Of a stretch of 64,000 bases of DNA, positions 15,401-27,275 are shown one piece after another. Origin of the DNA: Amoebophrya sp. A120 (lineage: Eukaryota > Protista > Dinoflagellata); the NCBI GenBank assembly GCA_905178155.1, contig CAJINV010000001.1, forward strand, positions 6,951,794-7,015,793, read 5' to 3'. A program made the translations under genes and the position numbers. Under the pieces are notes generated by a model that saw nothing but the letters and a program-made list of their open reading frames with translations, had not been told where the DNA came from and did no database searches. How positions within the stretch are numbered: the first letter of the stretch is position 1; each line of letters starts with the position of its first letter.

Positions 15401-15593
15401 TATAGTACCGCAGACCATGCTGCGCCGAACCAGCCTGATCCATACACTGGGAGGATTCGACAAATAAGACGAACGCGCACAATGTCGAGCGAAAAATCGC
15501 AGCACCTGTATATATCGGTCCTCTCCCTCTCCGTGTCATATTGTCCCAATCCGCTTTGCTTTTCCTTTTGCCAGCCGACATTTTCATCATCAT
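12435..15593 (-). CDS. Hypothetical protein (1052 aa) with N-terminal hydrophobic segment (possible signal/anchor)
   Basis: Single long ORF with AT-rich flanks; hydrophobic stretch AAIFRSTLCAFVLFVESSQC near the N-terminus; no recognised domain. Confidence 0.75.
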   Translation of the reverse strand: MMMKMSAGKRKSKADWDNMTRRGRGPIYTGAAIFRSTLCAFVLFVESSQCMDQAGSAQHGLRYYSGSSVAADSSASSETAEAAQARIRADALGLFVEGERDIAEYLGKGSDGTLAFGSVARGLGKRGLRETLRAQLQEWKRVGFPEGVGAGNFYDPLVWNVLKPGSDERQQAFQNKSRIEILLEELDEARRNRDNQMRDLIDRRLGEGNNKWHLLTRAEKTAGMEDVLRSLHLLLSFVVHVDPVAAGEQMGVVEQSTTGYVRAPPPRLWLRDLPVALRGRVAEAMTHYLKTQAEFEAMEMFLVDNNLPASLYNGMSREIHAFHLGDFSAAASLELSVTEPDLKRRPIGWFSFWVLHKLEALLLFGFGAEERAIDALASGGAAASESARDSEGPFEEGKRVYQAVLQSVLELPEKNELYFLNATKSSLFARYQDLLTTVVAVHVTNPKTLQKVLNRFLKLAVGKAAPLVQRAPPLGAERSEATAPESAPGESGGGKAAPREIKAELTLSMLKSVRFILQQRLLHVLVRPRLETSRYLSGREGAPHIVPRLNIDNGVEAQVRAAIWRVLATIKYVANLEKDLLTAHVTDRGGPGPFEEARTRRYREYETDLQLLQPYGPVDTHEEALARCVPVEAGLVAFYESSSMLQAPNYAIRDPDLNFWRSALFLFYGPYQFCSVLHLDRERSAPHPKLGMDLAEKVLSLMERASPGGNRILGAQKQYMRPDLYVSGVLEHLFVPLDERITSIILHLGTLGAAQALRTPQISAGGSGVLSAAASGATLYPEGTAAGTKFEILGHLGQTLMKIPQTLFFGALSTNRYNRRAAARGTGRDVIDFSQPLVRQIISILEKAPQGTKQIVARPLLQIAEVFMREQPAERPRWYTVMEESAKNGRSMRSWVNRFMDIIKGTENWINPDDIDVESLTSDMERGARLVVDQLLRALATSCEDEATSQLKRTERIRDGIDTDKNVLRLCAHRIRTLSAWVKNQAAPIRFTSSRPEKKIDFNAVARKIETVVARIQHDEQQNRKCKRKRGLLSSIFGCGERNKNNKKPKTQ

Positions 15594-16646
15594 TTTGTTT
15601 TTCTTTTTGGCTTTGCTAGAACTAGAATTATTATAAAATTTCTTTGCTAGTTGAAAAGAAGTTCAATTTCTAGATTCGCAAGTGAATAAGTAGTTGATCT
15701 TACATTCAATTCCCGAACTAAATTTTGCGAAACAAGTCTTTTTCTTTTCAAAAATGAGTAATACGGTTGCCAATCTATCATAGATATGCATTCCCTCGCA
15801 GGAAAGCAAAAAAGGTTGATTCTACAGCAGTTACATTAATTTTACATTTCATAATCAACAAGTAGTTCCTCTTTTGCAGGTAACAACAAAAGCAAAACAC
15901 AAAACTTGAGCGTGGTTGTGCTTTTCTGTACTGAGATAAGTTGAAGTGCCATCAAATGAATCTGGAAAATGTCCTTGTCGCATCTTATGAAAAAAAAACT
16001 TCAAATTCGAAATAGAGAGTCCTATTCCTATATTACTACACTACTATAATCAATGACATGTCCTATAGCAGGTATCGCGATTTCCATCAAAAGGTAACAA
16101 GGCATTTTCGGTCAATCTTCTGCCAGATCTCCCCTGTAGTTTGCGGATCGATCACCAAATCTGAAGATCTCAATGAAAGGTTCGCTCCCAAGACCAAGTT
16201 TTTTTTTTACAATTAATTTCGCCCTGAGACGAGAACACACAGGTCCCTGTCTTTTTTTCTACTACATCCGCAAAGGCAGCACTCAGATGGACACAAAGAT
16301 GTTTGTGCTTTGCATGTCGTACCTCTGGACTCCCTGGGATACAGCGAGCCGGCCAGAGCAGTAAGTCCTTGTGTCGCGCAAAAAAGTCCACACGGACCAA
16401 CAGGTTTTTGGGTCTCTGTCGAAAAGCAGAAGGGGCAATTTCATCGCAAAGCGCTCGTGCTGGGTAGAACTTGTAGTTTTTTGGGTACTTACTCGTCAGG
16501 AACAACATAACGACGTTTATTCGCTTGTGTGGGTCGGTAGTCCCTGAAGAAAGCTAAGATACATTGAACTGGCGGCAGAAAAACACAGTTGAGACTGCCA
16601 CGATAGGTCAACCTAGAACGCCGTGCTACTGCAGCACTGCATCCTG

Positions 16647-19600
16647 TCAAAGCTCGTCGCGAATAGCGTGGTAATTCTTGCGTGAACGGCTTGCAGTGCT
16701 TCTCGTGGGTGGCAGTGATGGTGAAGATGGGCCTCTATTTTTGTCCTCGTGATTTATTGATGTAGCATTCTGTTTATTCGCGTCCTCTTTTCCGCCGTCA
16801 ACAGCTTTCCCCAGGGACTTGAATCCGCCTTCTGCTAGCATGGACCGCGAGTGTACGGATTCGAACGCCTGCGTACCGTCCGTGCCGCAGAGCTCCACGA
16901 TGCTCTCCTCGCCGCCGGGGTGGATTTTTGCATACTTGGTCAGGTCGTAGACGTCGTCGTACAGGCGCACCCAACAGTCGCTGACAGAGCCGTGCTCGGC
17001 TAACTCTTTTGCTGAGATAACACGCTTTTCTTTCAGTTTTCTCCTGTTCCGCTTGTTTCCGCCTACCGTCGACGTCGCGCTCCGCGTACTTGTTCTCCCT
17101 GCACTGTCAGTGTCTTTCACGCCTATTGCTTCCTCCAGCTGTGCTAGCAATTGGCTCGTAGTCTCCGGCGCAGGTGTCTTCATCAGCTCTGATGTCGTTA
17201 TCGTGTTTCTCTCAACATTGCTAGCTTTAGGAATTATCTGTCGCCCGACCACGCGTCCAAACACTAGGCACTCTAGTAGACTGTTCCCGCCAAGGCGGTT
17301 CTTTCCGTGCAGGCCGCCGGCGATCTCTCCGACTGCGAACAGGCCGGGTATGGGGTGTCTCGTTCCGCTTCCGGAATAATTCTCGTCTTTTTCCGCACTT
17401 TCATCCCCAAGGTCGTCCCCCACGGCTCTTGTTACCAAGGAAGACGCGGCAGAAGGAGATGCTGCTGATGATGATGACGATGTACTCACCTGCGCGCGCC
17501 CACTATGTTGACTTGCATCGGCTGCAGCTGCTTCCGTACTTCTACTATTTCTACTCACCACTCGGTGCAAGTCATCCACTTCCACTCCGCCCATGGTGTA
17601 GTGCACTACCGGAACTACTTTGCCTACGACGACCTTGTCCGTCACGTCGGGTACGTTGATGAATTTAGTTTTTCCAAACGCATCCTTCGCGTCTTTAGAA
17701 GTGCCATCTCCTGCCTGTTTTCGGTACTGCTTGATGGCTTTTCTAAACTTCGCGATCGGATATGAATGATTTTCATCGTCGTTCGTCTTCACGTTCAAGT
17801 CCACTTCTGTCAGCAGGTTTTTCCGGCTGTAGTGCTGGACGTGCCGGTCTGCGGCTTTGATCGCGTCCTTGCCGAGGAGAAGATAGAAAGGTCGGACGCC
17901 CTTCTCCTTATCCCCCTGTTTCTCCATCATGCGGTCGACGACGTACTGCCGCGTGCCCAGCTCGTCGCAGAACCGCTCGCCCGACTCGGTCAGCAGAATG
18001 CCGCCCACGCCGCGGAGCACCTCCGCAGCTAGCGTTTTCGTCGCCGCGTCCGGCTGGCTGGGATCGACAAAACCGGTGGGGTGAACCTGTGTTCATCCGT
18101 TTAGATCTGAAATAATCGAGGCACGCGAACTACATGCTCGAGGTTTATGGTCGCAATAAAAGCGTGGAACGCTTGGGTTTCAACTGCTTTGTGCTTGTTG
18201 TTGTGCACAATTCTTACCTCGCATTTTACGAAAAAGAGAGAACAAACTAAAACGAAACAGAGACAGCCGCTTGTAGAAAAAATACGCACCTGCACAAACT
18301 GCATGTCCACGAGCCTCGTTCCGGGGAGTGCGAGCACCATTTTGATCCCGTCTCCAGTCGTCCACTTTCCCAACGTCGTGGGCGTTTTTCGCAGATCCGG
18401 GCGGCTGGTGTAGAGAAGCGACCCCTTCTGGCTGTGGTCGTGTATTACAATGAAAAATGCCCCCTCCCCATATCAAAACGGAAATCTGTGATGCAGATTT
18501 GTGGTCACAAATCAGCTTTGTGATGCTAGAAGGCAAAAGATGCGGACTGTAGGGCTGCCTAGCGTGGGAAAGCCTTGCAGCTCCAGGATGACAGGAGGCA
18601 ACTGGAAGTGGGAAACAGCATGACAGATTACCTGCAATTTAGGCCGCAGCGTCGTCTCTTGGACTTCTAGCAATACAAGTCGATTTGTGTACTCAAATAC
18701 AGCATCACAAATTCGCGCATCTTCCGTTTCCGATATGGGGTGAGGGCTTTTTTCACTTTGATATCGTGCCCGAACCCGCCAGTGGCCAGGACGACGTTTT
18801 TCGCAAGGACCTTGATCGCCTGATGTGACGCGGTAGAGGGTGGTGTTTTCGACGCAGCGGAAGTAGTAGATGGTGGCCCTGCTGCCACTGTCCGTATTCC
18901 GTGCACGCCAGTCACGGTGTAGTGATTTTTGCCTTCGTGATGTTCCATCGAACTCGTGCCGCTTTGCGTCAGAAGTCCCTTTACCGTGGTGCTCGGCAGA
19001 ATCGTCAACTGACCGGTCTTCTCAAACTCGCGCAGCCTCTTTTCCAGCACCAGAATGACTTCAGTGCCGATGAAGTTCCCGGTTGCGGGTCGATACGTGC
19101 GGGGACTCGAGTGCCCCCCCAAAACCGCCTTCAGCCCTAGATCCACGCCCTGGGCCTGCAGCCACCGCAGCCCCTCGTCCGACCCCTCGACGAGCGCACG
19201 CACGCGCGACGGCACGGCGCGGCCGCCACCAGATTTCATGGTGTCGTCAAAAAATTTTTGCAGGGCCGGGTTGCAGCTGTTCAGTGGACTCTCTCGGGGA
19301 CACAGGCCACCATCCACCCAACTTTGCTCCGTTTGGTTCATGGCATTTACCGTGTTTTGCAATTCTGCGCGCAGCGCTTCGTTCCAGATTTCTCCGTTGA
19401 TCCCAGAACTCGCCTTTCCGCTGTTCCCGCCGAACCGGGGCTCTTTATCGAGTAGCACGACTCGTGCCCCGCCCTGCAAGGCAGTCAAGGACGCGGACAT
19501 CCCGGCCAAGCCCGAGCCGACGACAACGGCGTCGGCGTTCAGGACCAGTTCGCGCGTGTCCGTTTCTGAGGTCGCGCGGTGTCGGCTCAAGTCACTCTCG

Positions 19601-21852
19601 ATGCTTTTCAGTAAAGCTTCACGCAAGACAACAGTCGTCTTGTTCATCTCTGCATCTACTCCTGAGCCACCCGCGGTGGCTGCTTGCTGCTGAAACACCT
19701 TCTGCAGTGCCCTCACTGCGACCGCGAGGTTTTGGTCTATCGACTCTTCTTCACTAGTATCGCTTTCTGGTACAGTAGTGTCCTCCATTGACATCAAATC
19801 GTCGTCAGCATCGTCGTTGCTACTGGCAGCCTCGTCCCGGTTCATCGTGTTCGTTTCGTCAAACACGTCCACCGGCTTGCGGGACGGGTGCGTCCACTGG
19901 TACAGCGACAGCAACTCGTTCGCCCGCTGCAACGCCTCGCTGAACGCGTGCAGCGTGTTTACGAGAGCGACAATTTCCTCCCGGGACATGCTGGTTGGCA
20001 GCATGTCATCCGGCAGCAGCAAGACCTTCAGTGCCGCGCCAATCCCGAGAATGTTCAGCTTTCCGTGCAGCTTGCACCGGCTGCACTTGACACAGGACAT
20101 CAGGGCACTGATCCGCTGAAAGCCCCGCTTGAACTCGCGTCGCGATACTTCCTTCGACAAAAACATGCTTCTTTCGTCGAACCCCTCGAACGCGCTGTGG
20201 CAAAACTGCAGGCGCTCGGAATCTAGCAGGCGTTTGATGAGGTCCGCAATTTTCTCGTCCTCCACAGCGTCGCCGGTATTGTACTTGTACTGTCGAAAAA
20301 AGTTGCTGCCTTTCTTGATACTCCGCAGCAGCACAACAAAGGCGAAGTACAGGTTCTTCAGCCTGTCGGGGTGCCGCGCGAACACCTTCATGAACTTTCT
20401 CGGGTTCTTCCCCCAGTCGTCCGGGTTGTCGCCAGTCGGAGGAAAGTACTTGTAGAAAATGGAAATACTGGTTGCGCTGTGCACCCCGGACAGCAGCCGG
20501 TAGAGAACCCGTTCCTCGAAACACCTCCCATCGTCGTCGTTTTTTCTTGCTGATGAGGGCGAAAACACGTCAAGTCTTGGTAATATTGGCTCTTCCTGTT
20601 GATGAACCAGCATTGCACTCGGCCTGTTTTCGTGCGAGAAACAGTTCTCACTGTACATGGCTTCCCAGATGTGCCGGCCGTTGTACCCCGTGTTGGTTTC
20701 TGGGTTTTTCATCAGATTCACAAACTCTGGTGCCTCCGTGCCCACTTTGGCACACATGTCCAGCCAAAATTCCGGCGCGTCCTCCGCGCAGTTTTCCGCG
20801 GCGATCACTTGCGAGAACTGCGACTCCTGGTCTATCAAATGCAAAAATGTCTGGGTCTGGAAACTTGTGATGCAAGGAAGGGAATACTGAGCACACTGTA
20901 ATGCGCTCCCCAGCATGACAAGTTTTTCCGTGGTTCAGAGTTGCTTACCCCGCATGAGAAACTGCGTTTTTGCATGACTGACCAGAGGACCTCTTCGCGG
21001 GCACGCAATACAGAGTTTAGAGTCATGCCAGACTAGCACGACAAATCCCGCAATCTCCCAGACCCAGACATTTTTGCATTTGATATGGTCCGTTTTCGCT
21101 CGATTTAAATCCGAAGTGTTTTTCATCAACTGCGCGGCCGCGTCGTCTTCCGTGTCCACGGAGCAAGCCGTCTTCGGTTTGTTATTTTCCATACTCATCA
21201 AATTCCCGGGCTTCTGCATCAACTGCGATACACCGGTGGCGCCACCGGGGTGCGGGAGCTGTATTGGTCCGGTGCACTCAAATTGCTCCTCCGCAGCTGC
21301 TGGTGCCTCTACTTCGGTAGCGGCTACTTTCGCTTGTTTTACTTGTTCCCTTTTCGCTTTATTTGAAGACGGTGACCCTGCTCTCTCATCGTCCTCGTCG
21401 TCGTCTAAATCGTCCAGATCGTCGTCTCCGGCGGAAGAGTGTGCGGACGCTTCGCTGGACGTTTTGTCATCTGACTCGATGTTGAAATCCACGTCGAAAT
21501 TATCGTCCGATTGTTGTAAAAAATCCTCGTCCAGCCACTTTTTTTTCTCGAAATCGTACTGGCACTTCGCATTCATGTCCACCTTGAACAAACGGAAGAA
21601 CAAGGTTTCGCTCAACTCAGAGAGAATCAGGGACAATTGCTTGGTGTTCGCTTCTTCCACCGTTTCTATGGCGCACGTCGTGTCCTCAATCTGGTGCATC
21701 TTGGTCGTCCGGAAGACGGACGGCGGCGCGACGGTGGTGCTCGCGTATTGCGCATTCGCTGGTATTGAACCATCGCCACCGGAACTATCCGTGTCGAAAG
21801 CCAGGAAACAGCTACTGGCTGCGAGCAGCAGCAGCAGGAGCCGCGGCTTCAT
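16647..21852 (-). CDS. ERO1: Fusion protein: signal peptide + ERO1 (ER oxidoreductin) + FAD-dependent soluble fumarate reductase (Osm1/flavocytochrome c type) + cytochrome b5 + C-terminal RDEL; ~1472 aa, 4 exons
   Basis: ERO1 motifs: [79 protein letters not shown] (CxxCxxC). FRD motifs: [94 protein letters not shown]. b5: [22 protein letters not shown]...AFESVHS. Removing 258, 326 and 203 nt of introns leaves 4419 nt in frame. Confidence 0.92.
18443..18763. mobile_element. TIR/TSD introner (non-canonical intron), 321 bp, in the fumarate-reductase domain
   Basis: TSD tcgtg at 18438-18442 and 18764-18768. Imperfect TIRs: tattacaatgaaaaatgccccctccccatatc vs revcomp tatcaaagtgaaaaaagccctcaccccatatc. 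Removal gives GGFGHD|HSQKGSLL...TTGDG. Confidence 0.88.
20833..21085. mobile_element. TIR/TSD introner family A, 253 bp, in the ERO1 domain
   Basis: Perfect 28-bp TIR tatcaaatgcaaaaatgtctgggtctgg; TSD tggtc at 20828-20832 and 21086-21090; removal gives [11 protein letters not shown]. Confidence 0.95.
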
Positions 21853-22391
21853 CTTGGAAAGCTACCAAAAATAAATTTAGTGGAGGTGGCAGTGGACCTA
21901 GCGATAATTACAATACATATTTGTATGTGACTCAAAACAAGGTCTTGCGACGCGAGGCTTGTTAAGTACCAAGGGTGTCTTCAAACAGAGCCTACAATCG
22001 AAACGAAACCTTTACATTGTACAGAAAAGGCGCATGTCAACTTAAACTATGTGCTGGCCCTACAATGCGAAACAGTGTGCTCGATGACCTGTGTGGAACG
22101 TCAAAATGAAGGAGACCGTTTGATCTAAATCACACGTTCTGCAAATTGCGTAGCAAAAACACAATGCTCGCACGTTCGTTCTTTCAATTTGGATCACACA
22201 AAAAGGTAAACCGACTCGTCAGCTTTCCACTCACATGTTTTTAGCCACGAGAGATCGCAAAACAATATCGAACATCGAAATTTCAAAGCACTCGAAAAAT
22301 TGATCTCAGCATTCATTCTTTGATTCTAATGTGCCGTGTCGTATATGCAATGAAGGGGCGCAAACTCAATTTGCTGTCATATCACTAATTT

Positions 22392-25300
22392 TCATTGACT
22401 ATCACTCGCGGTTGCGTTTGGTGTTCCACTGCTACTACTATGCAGGATTCGCCAGAGGCGGTTCGCTGTTTCACTGTCCATCTTCACTTGCATCAATTTA
22501 CACAATTCCGATCTAGACATCTTCCCAAGTGCAGCTATCTTAGGCAGTTTCTGTGCAATGGACACCAGGTTCTCACCGGTCACCCCGGGCAACCGGCGGA
22601 GAACGTCCAATGCGACCGGGTTGGCGACCCGGCTCTCACTCAACACGGCAGAAGCAACAGAGGAATTATCTGGAATCGCCTGTGCACCTGTCCGCGCAAA
22701 CGAAGCGCCGTTGCTTGACTTCGAGATGACACCTCCTACAACCCGTAAGCCCATTGCGGCAGTTCCCTGCGGCTCCGTTTCCGCGGCTGCTGCGTCGGGT
22801 GGCAACGTCGGCTCCATCCGGTTTTTTTTCAGGGCAGCAAAGATCCTCGCTGTGAAGGCGTAACTGGGGCTCCAGATCACCCGCAATCGCGGGAAATGCA
22901 TCAACAACAGCAAGAGTTTCTGCCGCACCAACTGCTTCCCCTTCAACCCACCGGTGTTCGTCAAGTGCGCCCACTGCGGGAACTTGCGGGACACCGAGGG
23001 GCCGAATTCCAGGAGTAAAATCGGCGTCTTGTACGCCTGCGTCATGTTTTCGATCTGCTGCAGCAGCCGCCCGGATTGCAGACTCTGGATCAAATCTGGG
23101 TAGACGGATTTTCTCTCCACGCAGACGTCCCGGCTCAAAATGTAGTCCCCAATCTTGATCGTGGCACCCCGCAGAACGTGCCGCTGGTACAAGAAAAACG
23201 GTAACCGTGCGTTCAGCTCCCGGACGTCGACGATAATCTGCGACGGCTGTTTCTCCCGCTGGTGCTTCGCCCCACCCAGCCTCGTGCTTTGCTGCTGTTC
23301 TTCCAGGTCCTCGATCTGCAGAATGGGCCGTCGCGCCAGCCCCTCTCGCGTCGATGTGGAAAGATCGACGATGAGGTGTTTTTTCTGAAACACCGCAGTC
23401 TCGACGGCTTTGGTCTCTTTTGCCAGCGACTGCTCGTACTTCACCAGCTCGGGCGAATCCTGATACGAAAGCAGAAAGCATTTGATGTCTCCTTTGCTCG
23501 GATCATCATCTAAGGCCTCGTCATTATTTCCAGCGTCGGTGGTCTGCCCCGTTTCTTTATTTCCATCCACACGCACTCCGCCACCGCTTGATGGTGCAAC
23601 AGGTTCAACTACCCCAAAAAGCGCCGATGGCAGAGCACTTGCATCGAGGGCGGGCTTCGCTTTGGCTTTGGTTTTGCCTCCAGTCGCAGCTTTTTTCGCT
23701 CGCTCAAAAACCGCTTCCCTGTGTTCCCCTATCGCGCCAGAAGCCCGGAGCTCCTTGACACTGGCGGAATACACCTCCAGAAGCCGCAGCACGCGAACGT
23801 CTGGCACGAGGACGATCGCGAGGTCGGGATGCGTTTGGTACAGCTTCGACTCCAGCTGATCTGCAGTGACGCAGATAACGTTATTCTTCTTGTTGTCCTC
23901 AACGGCCGGTAGCTTTTGCTTCTGCATCAAATCCGCTCGTGCTTGCGCTTTTGGCGTAGTTGCGGTAGGTAAATTGGTATTTTTACCTGCTGCTAATCCG
24001 CGTCGCAAAACCGCGTCGTGCTTCAAGTTCAGGAAAGCAAAGGACTCCTCAAACGCAGCCTCCGTGCCGTTCTTCTATCAACTGTAAAAATGTCTGGGTC
24101 TGGAAGATTCTGACACTTGTCATGCACGTTTTGCATGAGCCCTGATGTCTGTGATGCATGCCCTAGCATCACAGATCTTTTGAGAGCTTCTTGATGCCTA
24201 TTCCGCATGACAAACGCCCTCTCCGTGTAGCAAAAATTGCATTCCTTTTGGTCGTACTCATGCAATACAGATTCTTCTGCATTCCAAATGCAGCGTCGCA
24301 AGTTGCAGTCTTCCAGACCCAGACATTTTTACATTTGATATCTTCACGACACAATCCGTTTGCTGTCGCTGTCTTTCGTCCGCACAGACGATGAGGGCTA
24401 GTTTAGTGGGAAATTCGTTCATGTGTTCTTGTGTTCCACGCCGGATAGGGCCGGTCGACGACGACGCGGGCAACGTCCCGACTACAACGCCTGTGGCTTT
24501 TTGCCGCTTCAGGGGCGGTGACTTTGATTTCTCCTCGTCTTCTGCGTCATCACTTTCGCTCGCAGGCAACATGCCCTCGGCCCGCAAAATCTCCAGCACT
24601 GCGTCCCACTTGGGACTCCGTTCCCGATCCACGATGCGGTTGCGCACGATGCGCAAAAAATCACGACCGGTCTCCGAGTGCAGCCACGAAACCTCGGCAT
24701 CCGTCGCTAATTTCGGCATCCCGGCGAAATTTTGCTCTTGCGTGTCAATCAAGAGCTGGCCTTGCTGCCCCTTCGATGTCGTGCCGTTTTGACTTTCAGC
24801 TTTTTTCCTCTTCATCGGCACCGTCTTCATACTGGGCGTTTTGCTAGCGACTGGTTCTTGCTCTGAGGCAGCGCTGCTTTCTTTGGTCTCTAGTACCGCT
24901 GTCGTGCCTCTTGCCACTAGACCGGCGGGTGAAGTCTTTTCAAGAACCTTCGCATCATTGTTTCCGGGCGAATTTTGCGAAGATACTTTCTTTTGCTGCT
25001 GCGCACCTACCGTCTCCGCTTGAGTTGTATCCGTCGACGCAAAAATGTTTTTCCCTAGATACAGCGACAAGAATCGGTAGTAATCCGCACAGTCTAATCG
25101 CAACAACCGGTCAAACAGAGTCTCGAAGTGGCCAGCATCGCGCACGAGTTGTGCAACGTGGCTGTCATCCAGCGACTGCTCCAACTTATAGCGCAGCAGC
25201 CTCCCAAACTGATCGTCGGTCATGGCCTCCGAACAATAGTGATTCAGCAGCGCTTCTGAGGGTGCTGTCAGGCTTCTGTTCCGCTCCTGTTGGCTTTGGG

Positions 25301-26399
25301 CGGAGTAGGCCCCGCCTCGACCGCTTTTTCCACGCGACTTCTTTCCTTTGCTGCCAGCCCCACCTCCTGCGGATCCATTATGCGCACCAGCTCCAAACCC
25401 GCCGAAAGAAAAACCTTTGCCCTTGTTCGCCAAATCCGCAACCGCCCCCGGCTTCAGTTCCGCTTCCAAGCAGCGGTGGCAGTCGGCGGAATGGAGGCAG
25501 AGGCCGGAGATGACGTCTTCACACAAGGCCAGCAGTAACTGTTGCAACACCCCGACTGCGGGCGGGAGCGGTACTTTTTTCTGGACCACGACGATCCCGC
25601 CCTGCACGTTCGCGCTGACGTCCATCTGAATCCGCGGCCACAGGAACACCTTGCGGCAGTACCCGCCGCACCGCATGATTTTCTCCAACGATCTGCTCGT
25701 CACGGTGGGAAAGTTTTCCGAAAACAGCCGCACGACTTTGTCCGGCTGCGCGGTCTTCCGGAGCAGTGCTTGCACCAGAAACGCGTCCTTCTGCAGCACC
25801 TCGTGCAGCTCCTCGGCGTTGTTCACCAGTAACCTGTGCACTTTCTCGGGCAAAAACCGCTGCTGCAAAAAGTCCCCGAGCAAGATTCTGGCGGAGACGA
25901 AAAAGATCCCTCCCCGGGCGTACGCCTGCTGTCGGGTCTTCGGAGGCTGGTCCGCGGTGGCGAAGACCTCAACCGCAAACGGGTCCGTCGGTTTTAAGTC
26001 CTGTGCGAGTTGGGCCTGAACCGCTTCCGCTTCCTCGCGGGCGACGTTCATCACGAAGACCAGAGAGCCGCGTTGTCTTTTTAGCGCTAAGTCATTACTT
26101 TCTTCCGCTGTGTTGAGAAGAACCGCGCCTGCAGAAGATGAGGACGAAGAAAAAGTCGCTTGCCCTACGGTACCGAATTGTGAAATCGTCGAAGAGGGTA
26201 CACTTGTTTCCGCGGTGGCGGCGCGCATATCATGTAACAGTGTCTGCAAATACCGGTGGAAGATCCGGAGACGTCCCAAACCGGCGCTCGCCAACACCAG
26301 ACAGCTCTCTCCATGGTCGTGCAACTGCTCCGCAATGCGTGCCTGATAGGCCAGCAAAGGAACTGAAAGCTCGTGTGCTGCAGCAGAGCTGGTGCTCAT
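22392..26399 (-). CDS. ERCC4: DNA repair endonuclease XPF (ERCC4/Rad1), ~1245 aa, interrupted by one introner
   Basis: N-terminal helicase-like part (LVLASAGLG, YARGGIFFVSARILLGDFL, VFLWPR); nuclease motifs IIVDVREL and IGDYILSRDVCVERKS..DLIQSLQSGRL; HFPRLRVIWSPS; HhH LRRLPGVT. ORFs join after removing 270 nt. Confidence 0.93.
24076..24340. mobile_element. TIR/TSD introner family A, 265 bp, in XPF
   Basis: TIR tatcaa(c/a)tgtaaaaatgtctgggtctggaaga; TSD tcttc at 24071-24075 and 24341-24345; removal gives DCVVKNGTEAAFEESFAFLNLKHDA. Confidence 0.95.
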
Positions 26400-27275
26400 G
26401 ATGTTTTATTTTTCATTTAATTAAATGTGTTCTACAGCAGAAAAACCTGCCACTGAAAAACGTTTACTTTCGGCTGAAAAACGACAAAATTTTTATCCTA
26501 GTACACATATACGATCGCAAGGATGTAGTGCTGTTTTCATTCTCATCTTGCCCCTGTGAGTGCATCCGAATTTCGAACGCAATGGTTGAAAATTCAATTG
26601 ACTTTCTACCTCATCCGAAAACAAGAACTACGACACTGACATTCACCAGCAGAAGCGCATGGTCGCCGAGACTTTGTTGCAAATCACAGCAGCACGATTT
26701 GTCGCATGATCTGACAATTTTCGTTGCAAAAGCAAAAGTGATCGACATCTTGAGTTTACCAGCACGTATTCCAGCAACAGCCGAAATACACAACCAAAGA
26801 ATGCTTTCGACGACAAACGAATTTCAGCGGACTGCAGCCTCGAGCAACAGCACCAAGACGGCTCCCGCCATGACAAAAACTGCGCCCCTTCCTTCCACAG
26901 CCGTGCCGCGAGTTGTTTTTTGCCTCATTCTCCCATTCGGCTCTTCATGTCCATTATCCACGTACCAGAGTGCTCCAGCACAAGCTGTCACGTCTAACTA
27001 TGATTATCATTTGCCGTATATTTTCTAGGAATCATCGTCATCATCAAAACTGGCAGACAGTACTCAGGTATAGGGTAACGTACGTTCGTTACAAGAATTC
27101 ACTTCTGCCTTACAAAATTCAAAAATTAATATCTGTATTCTCGAGCAATTATTCCGCGGGAAAATCCTCCAACGCCACTGTAACGAAATCAAATTCGACT
27201 TGCGCTGCATGATAGATATTAGTACAAAAGCCCAGAAAGCAGGCTTGCTTGTTCTTCTTCCTGTAGTGATGAGGC

